In this document: one piece after another, positions 16,559 to 21,800 of the stretch | Layout of the letters: every line of letters begins with the position of its first letter | Numbering within the stretch: position 1 is the stretch's first letter | Assembly (NCBI GenBank): GCA_964493715.1 | Contig: CAZBPC010000057.1 | Coordinates: 1 to 21,800, forward strand | Reading direction: 5' to 3' | DNA length: 21,800 bases | DNA from: an uncultured archaeon | Lineage (GTDB): Archaea; Asgardarchaeota; Lokiarchaeia; Sigyniarchaeales; SOKP01 | Program-made: the position numbers and the translations under genes | Notes under the pieces: model-generated | Told to the model about the DNA's origin: nothing | The model's database searches: none | What the model saw: only the letters and a program-made list of their open reading frames with translations

Positions 16559-18997
16559 ATGAAAGAAATTTATCTTGAAAGCTATATTATAAAAGTTCCA
16601 GAAGAAGAGAAAGTAAAGGAGATTGCAAACCTATTTTCTGAAAAACGTGCTTACACCTTTTTAGTGGGTGCTGGGATCTCAATGGATCCTCCATCTTGTG
16701 TACCTTCTGCAAGAATGTTTGTAAATGAATTATTAAAGTATTATGCTCCTGATAACGAAATTGAGGATTTAACCAGGCTTGATTCGCTGAGATATGAATT
16801 ATTAGTAGAAAAGATACAAGATTTATTTGATAAAGACATCAAATTTTTAGACTACTTGGATGAGGTAAAAGAACCGAACGCTAATCATGTTTTCTTAGCT
16901 AACATGATAATGAGATATAACTACGTTGTAACAACCAATTTCGACTTTCTCATTGAAATAGCACTGAAGAAAAAGCTAACACTATTTCCCATGTTTCATG
17001 ATTATCATAAAAAAGTCATAGCCATCATCACAAAAGATGATTACGAGAAAGATGTGCGATTTCAATTTCCTATCATTAAGATACATGGTTCAAAATGGGA
17101 TTGCATTAAAGGGAGATTAACTAAGAATTCATTAATTACTACAATTAGTGCTCTTGGAAAAGATAGGGAAAAAGGTAAAACTTTTGCTATTGAACCATAC
17201 AAGAAGAAGCTAATTGATTCGATCATGCAATACCGAGATCTTATAGTCATGGGGTATTCTGGTAGTGATGATTTCGACATTGGTCCTATGTTAAGAGAAT
17301 TAACAGGTATTAAAAGGTTGATTTGGATAGATCATGATCAGGATCTTGAAACTGAGGATATTTATAAATATAAACCCATTAAAGTCTCAAATTTATCTTC
17401 GGATTTAGATCTTTCGAAACATGATAACATGCTATTAGAAATTGCTACTGAAAATAAAATAGAAGTACATAAAATAAAAACGAATACGATACATTTTGTG
17501 AAGACTAGATTAGCTCCCATATTTAATGAAAAATTCGATACTCTTAAGGAAGATCCTTCAAAACAAGTTCTTAGTTTTAGGGATTTTATGAAAGAGAATC
17601 ATTTTAATGCTACAGAATCCTCCAAGAATAGGTTTGCTCACGAAATTTATACTGAACTAGGAGAAACTGTGCTTGCTGAAAGAACTGCGCTGGAAGGTTT
17701 AACTCTTTCAAAGAAAGAATATGATGATATTAACGAGATGTATTTCACAAATGCGTTAGGATTAATTTATTCCACTAAAGGGGAATTAGATAAAGCGCTT
17801 GAAAAATTTAATGAAGCCTTGCAATTAACAACAATATCAAATCAGAAAAATGAGAAGATTGGAGTTCTTATTAATATCGGAGAGAATTATCGGAAAAAAG
17901 GGGATTTTAAAAATGCAATAAAATACACAACCCAAGCTTTAAGTCTTATGAGTGAAGATACTCCTAACTTGTTAAAATTTTCGATATTAAACAGTTTGGG
18001 AGTAATATATCGAGCAAATGGGGATGTTCAGAATGCAATTAAGAATATTGAATTGGCTCTAGAAATTGCTCAAATTATGGGAGATTTATCGAGAAAGGCC
18101 TTATGCTATAATAATCTAGCAGGAATTTACGTATCACAAGGACTCTTAGATCCTGCCTTGAAAAAAGCTTCTGAAGCGCTTAAAATAGATGAATTACTTG
18201 GAGATTTAGAAGATATGGCTTCCAATTTGAATACAATCGGTAATATTTATAGAATCGCTGGAAATTATCAAGAAGCATTGAAGAATTTAGAGCGAGCATA
18301 CCAAACAGCGGACAAAATTAAAAAATTAAGAATTAAGGCACTTGCAGGGAATGCCATAGGAGTGATTTACTTTAACCTCGGAAAGATTGATGATGCTATG
18401 AGGAAGTATGATGAATCCTACGAAATAAGAAAAATTATGGGAGATTTATCGGGTCAAGCAACTAGCTTGAACAATATGGGATTAATTTATAGGGCAAAAC
18501 GAGATTATAATAAAGCTTTCGAATTATTCAATAAATCAATTGAAATAGCTGAAAATATTGGAGAGAAAACGCATTTAGCAGTGCGTTATGGAAACATTGC
18601 TTCAATATATGAAGCTAGAAGAGAGTTTCAAAATGCGCTCGAAGTTTACAGGAAAGCACTCGCAATCGAAAGATCGCAACAAAATTTGCATGGAGTAGCT
18701 AAGCAACTTTTAAATATCGGAGGAATTTTGGGAGATCTTGCCCAACAGGATGAATGCATTCAAAAATATACAGAAGCACTCAATATCATGGAAGATCTAA
18801 AGATTAAACCAGGAATTGCGAATGCGCTCAATAATTTAGGTACAGTATATTATAAATTCAAAAAAGATTATGAGAAGTCTATTAATCTCTTAGAAAGAGC
18901 TCTTGAAATCTATAAAGAAATAGATGATACTCAAATGCTATTAACAACTCAGAAAAATCTTAACTTTATTAAAATGCAATATGAAAGCCAAAATTGA
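16559..18997 (+). CDS. SIR2-like domain + TPR-array protein
   Basis: SIR2_2-type motifs FLVGAGIS, PNANH, VTTNFD, KIHGS, MGYSGSD (approx. 16650-17340); ten clear ~40-aa TPR units (e.g. SLNNMGLIYRAKRDYNKAFELFNKSIEI) from approx. 17740 to 18920. Confidence 0.92.
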   Translation: MKEIYLESYIIKVPEEEKVKEIANLFSEKRAYTFLVGAGISMDPPSCVPSARMFVNELLKYYAPDNEIEDLTRLDSLRYELLVEKIQDLFDKDIKFLDYLDEVKEPNANHVFLANMIMRYNYVVTTNFDFLIEIALKKKLTLFPMFHDYHKKVIAIITKDDYEKDVRFQFPIIKIHGSKWDCIKGRLTKNSLITTISALGKDREKGKTFAIEPYKKKLIDSIMQYRDLIVMGYSGSDDFDIGPMLRELTGIKRLIWIDHDQDLETEDIYKYKPIKVSNLSSDLDLSKHDNMLLEIATENKIEVHKIKTNTIHFVKTRLAPIFNEKFDTLKEDPSKQVLSFRDFMKENHFNATESSKNRFAHEIYTELGETVLAERTALEGLTLSKKEYDDINEMYFTNALGLIYSTKGELDKALEKFNEALQLTTISNQKNEKIGVLINIGENYRKKGDFKNAIKYTTQALSLMSEDTPNLLKFSILNSLGVIYRANGDVQNAIKNIELALEIAQIMGDLSRKALCYNNLAGIYVSQGLLDPALKKASEALKIDELLGDLEDMASNLNTIGNIYRIAGNYQEALKNLERAYQTADKIKKLRIKALAGNAIGVIYFNLGKIDDAMRKYDESYEIRKIMGDLSGQATSLNNMGLIYRAKRDYNKAFELFNKSIEIAENIGEKTHLAVRYGNIASIYEARREFQNALEVYRKALAIERSQQNLHGVAKQLLNIGGILGDLAQQDECIQKYTEALNIMEDLKIKPGIANALNNLGTVYYKFKKDYEKSINLLERALEIYKEIDDTQMLLTTQKNLNFIKMQYESQN

Positions 18998-19058
18998 GTA
19001 ATTAATCAAAATTTTTAAAACTTATAAAAGATAGAAAAATCTAAAGGTGAATTAAATA

Positions 19059-20195
19059 ATGGTTATATCAGACTTATATGAGAAATTGCGTCTATTGTTG
19101 AGTAAGGGGGAGAATGTTATTGGATTGCCAAAACATGAAGTAACATTGAAATTATTGAAAAACATGTTTACTCAACAAGAAGCTGAAATTTTAACTTCAA
19201 GTTTTAGTAAAGTCAGTACTCCAATGAATGTAAAAAAGATTTCAAGGCTATCAAATATAGCTATTGATGATTTGACAGATATACTTGAAGACATGTATCA
19301 TAAAGGAAAATTAATAAAGTTAGGCACTCTGTATGTCTTATTACCTTATCTACCCGGTGGTTTTGAAGTATATTTCACCACTAATCGGGATGACCCAGAG
19401 AGAATGAAGAAGGCCGCAGAAGCACACTTGGAATTATTTAAATTAGGATTTCCTTATGAATTAAGTGCTAGCGATTATACGATTTATCGCGTAATTCCTA
19501 CAATAAAACCCACTGAAAGATTGATTGAAATAGAAAATTCAATGGAATTGACACATCAAATCTTACCTTTTGAAATTTTAAAAGAATATTTAGAAAAGGC
19601 AAATCCGAAAGTATATGCCGTCGTTCCATGTAGTTGTAGAAATGCCGCAAAGTTAGCTGGAGAGCCATGTAAACAAACAAATGAAAATTTTTGTGTTACT
19701 ACGGGAACCTTGGCAAAAATGGTTATTGAACAAGGAGTTGGACGTGAAGTTTCTTTAGATGAATTAATGGATGTAATGGAAAGGGCAGAAAAGGAAGGTT
19801 TAGTTCATGAAACATTTAACATGCAAGATACGGCTACGTTTGTGTGCAATTGTTGTTCATGCTGTTGTGGGTTTTTAAAATCTGTAAAGGAACTTAACAA
19901 TTACAATTCTATTACAAAATCCAATTTTGAACCCCATGTTCAACAAGAAGAGTGTACGTTGTGTGAAAAATGTTTGGAAATTTGCCCAATGGGAGCAATA
20001 TATCATCATTGGCCTCACAAAGAAGATTCATCTGACAATGAAATCAAAATTCGACTAGATCGTTGCATAGGATGTGGGTTATGTGCTTCTAATTGTCCCG
20101 AAGAAGCTATTGTTTTAGAAAAGGTTCGAGAAGTTGTACCTGTTAAAAGTCAGATTGACTTGCTTACTCAAAGAGCTGCAGGGAAAACTCATTAA
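19059..20195 (+). CDS. Cys-rich 4Fe-4S dicluster protein with putative N-terminal winged-helix
   Basis: PCSCR, CNCCSCCCG, CTLCEKCLEICP, CIGCGLCASNCP; RBS AAGGTGA about 8 nt upstream. Confidence 0.88.
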   Translation: MVISDLYEKLRLLLSKGENVIGLPKHEVTLKLLKNMFTQQEAEILTSSFSKVSTPMNVKKISRLSNIAIDDLTDILEDMYHKGKLIKLGTLYVLLPYLPGGFEVYFTTNRDDPERMKKAAEAHLELFKLGFPYELSASDYTIYRVIPTIKPTERLIEIENSMELTHQILPFEILKEYLEKANPKVYAVVPCSCRNAAKLAGEPCKQTNENFCVTTGTLAKMVIEQGVGREVSLDELMDVMERAEKEGLVHETFNMQDTATFVCNCCSCCCGFLKSVKELNNYNSITKSNFEPHVQQEECTLCEKCLEICPMGAIYHHWPHKEDSSDNEIKIRLDRCIGCGLCASNCPEEAIVLEKVREVVPVKSQIDLLTQRAAGKTH

Positions 20196-20380
20196 AGTTT
20201 TTAATATCATTTTCCTCTACTAAAAAGATTTATATAGATAATCTATTTCAGTTCAATACTTAATTAATAAATAAAGATTTCTTGAAAATACTTACATAAT
20301 CATAATCATAAGAGATTTATTCTTGATATCACTTTTTAAAAGGAATTTTAATAGAAATTAATAGAGAGGTAGATGGAATT

Positions 20381-21800
20381 TTGAGTAATCGTAATAAAAA
20401 ACCAAAGGAGGAGCCTAAGGGAAGACTTGATGAAACAATTATTGATAGATTATCTGAATTCTGGCCTGAACCTCGAGAACAACTTCATTTTGGTGGTTGG
20501 AAAACTACTTATGAACTTGTTGAGAAATTAGACTTAAAAAATGTAAAAAATGTGCTGGATCTCTGTTGTGGTGAAGGTAGTACAGCCTGTTGGCTAGCAA
20601 AAGAATATAGATGCAATGTAAGTGGGATTGATATATTAAGTAAAGCAATAAGTGTTGCTAAAAGTCGAGCAAAAGAACTTGGTGTATCTGATTTAGTAGA
20701 TTTTAAAGAAGGAGATATTTTTAAACTACCTTATGAAGATAATTCATTTGATGCTGTATACGGTCAAGATCCAGATGGTATTGCTCACAAGGATAGAAAA
20801 TTAATATTCAATGAAATACGGAGAACCCTCAAACCTCAGGGGAGGTTTGGTTTCCAATTGTGGATCCCTTTTTCAACGGTTTCAAATGAAAGAGTAAAGT
20901 ATTTTGAAGAAGTTACTTCTGAAGTCGGATTTTCGGAAATGATAAGACTTTCTGTTCATGATTTTATTCAAGATTTGAAAGAAGCAGGGTTTACAAATAT
21001 AATCGTTGAGGATCTTAGTGAAATTTATAGTAATCATATGCGAGGAATGGAGAAGAAATATGGGGAAAAACTGGCAAGTCCGGATAAATGGCATAAAATG
21101 CTCCTGGAAATGGTAGATGATGGATTGAAATTTGGAGTAAGAATAATTGCTAAAGTTGTCAAAGATCAAAAACAAGCAAGCTTTTCAAAAGATTTACCTA
21201 AAGCAGAAGAGCTATATTTCTATGGAACTGGAGTATTCAGCCTAGATCATATATTTGATTTTGATACAATCGCAGAAGAAAGAAAATATAGGAAAATTAT
21301 ATTAGATTATTTGGTTAAAAATCATTCTAAATTTGATTGGTCTGAAGAAGGTTCGGGAGTGTTGGCTTCTGGTGCAGTTGATAATTATTCACCTCCTAAG
21401 GTAGGCAATTTTTTAAGTGTAGATATTACAGATGTTGTTGAATCAAAAGAATTTAATATTAGAATTAGTGATGAAAAATACCTTGATGTGAGGATTGATG
21501 AAATTTATATAGATATATACCACTTTAATTGTGCTATCCTTCATTTCATGGCATATATCCCAAAAGAATCTTGGCAGGACAAGGAAGTTTTAAAACGGGT
21601 AAGATTTTTTATTCAAAGACATTTGCATCCGTTAACAGAATTTGGTATAGACATGGAATCCATTTTTGCTCCTACAATCATTGAATTAAATTTGATTTTT
21701 AATAAGGTTGTAGATGAGATTAATCCTCCAATTTTAAAAACTCCGATTATGGATTTTACTCAATTGAGCGATGAAATGACTACTCAATTATTTTGGACAC
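20381..21800 (+). CDS. Class I SAM-dependent methyltransferase fused to an unknown C-terminal domain (3'-truncated by window; absent from ORF track)
   Basis: Manual translation from TTG 20381 (GAGGT at 20366-20370) is open for 473 codons to the window end: LHFGGWKTT, VLDLCCGEG, VSGIDI, GDIFKLPYEDNSFDAVY, RTLKPQGRF, then about 200 further aa. Confidence 0.9.
   Translation, partial: MSNRNKKPKEEPKGRLDETIIDRLSEFWPEPREQLHFGGWKTTYELVEKLDLKNVKNVLDLCCGEGSTACWLAKEYRCNVSGIDILSKAISVAKSRAKELGVSDLVDFKEGDIFKLPYEDNSFDAVYGQDPDGIAHKDRKLIFNEIRRTLKPQGRFGFQLWIPFSTVSNERVKYFEEVTSEVGFSEMIRLSVHDFIQDLKEAGFTNIIVEDLSEIYSNHMRGMEKKYGEKLASPDKWHKMLLEMVDDGLKFGVRIIAKVVKDQKQASFSKDLPKAEELYFYGTGVFSLDHIFDFDTIAEERKYRKIILDYLVKNHSKFDWSEEGSGVLASGAVDNYSPPKVGNFLSVDITDVVESKEFNIRISDEKYLDVRIDEIYIDIYHFNCAILHFMAYIPKESWQDKEVLKRVRFFIQRHLHPLTEFGIDMESIFAPTIIELNLIFNKVVDEINPPILKTPIMDFTQLSDEMTTQLFWT

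Noticed and set aside
1150-21175. Small ORF-track entries overlapping larger genes (e.g. 1150-1341, 1696-1938, 1845-2192, 2452-2808, 3649-3858, 5968-6195, 7970-8167, 8396-8695, 9444-9680, 10410-10640, 13013-13255, 13293-13541, 14162-14380, 14557-14763, 17062-17280, 19498-19680, 20882-21175)
   Set aside because: Antisense or alternative-frame shadows of well-supported genes, with no motifs; 20882-21175 lies opposite the unlisted methyltransferase fusion.

Overview
AT-rich prokaryotic window (roughly 30% GC by eye). Its gene content (LRR/TIR-like protein, SIR2-TPR protein, C-terminal zinc-ribbon protein, archaeal-type RNase HI, GGTG-type ribosome-binding sites) suggests an Asgard/Lokiarchaeia-type archaeon; this is inference, as no marker gene is present. 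There are 17 credible CDSs: membrane hypothetical, DUF6125-like, LRR+degenerate TIR-like, CPBP protease, EFR1 flavodoxin-ferredoxin, UbiA prenyltransferase, AidB-like acyl-CoA dehydrogenase, zinc-ribbon protein, ZIP transporter, RNase HI, Rph-architecture PEP-utilising enzyme, SAM methyltransferase, MFS transporter, fold-type-III ornithine decarboxylase (ODC), SIR2-TPR, a Cys-rich 4Fe-4S protein, and a methyltransferase fusion (20381 to window end) that the ORF track missed. The most unusual DNA-level signal is the intergenic region 12215-12491, a mosaic of local sequence. It holds a 14-bp copy of the DNA at the methyltransferase stop, an 81-bp perfect copy of an internal ODC segment, a further 12-bp ODC piece, and then an 86%-identical copy of a 98-bp segment at 9205-9302. 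The two 98-bp copies bracket the Rph-like gene. Two repeat-sensor plus NADase-family-domain proteins (SIR2-TPR, LRR-TIR-like) are candidate immune receptors. No rRNA, tRNA, CRISPR array, transposase or integrase was recognised.
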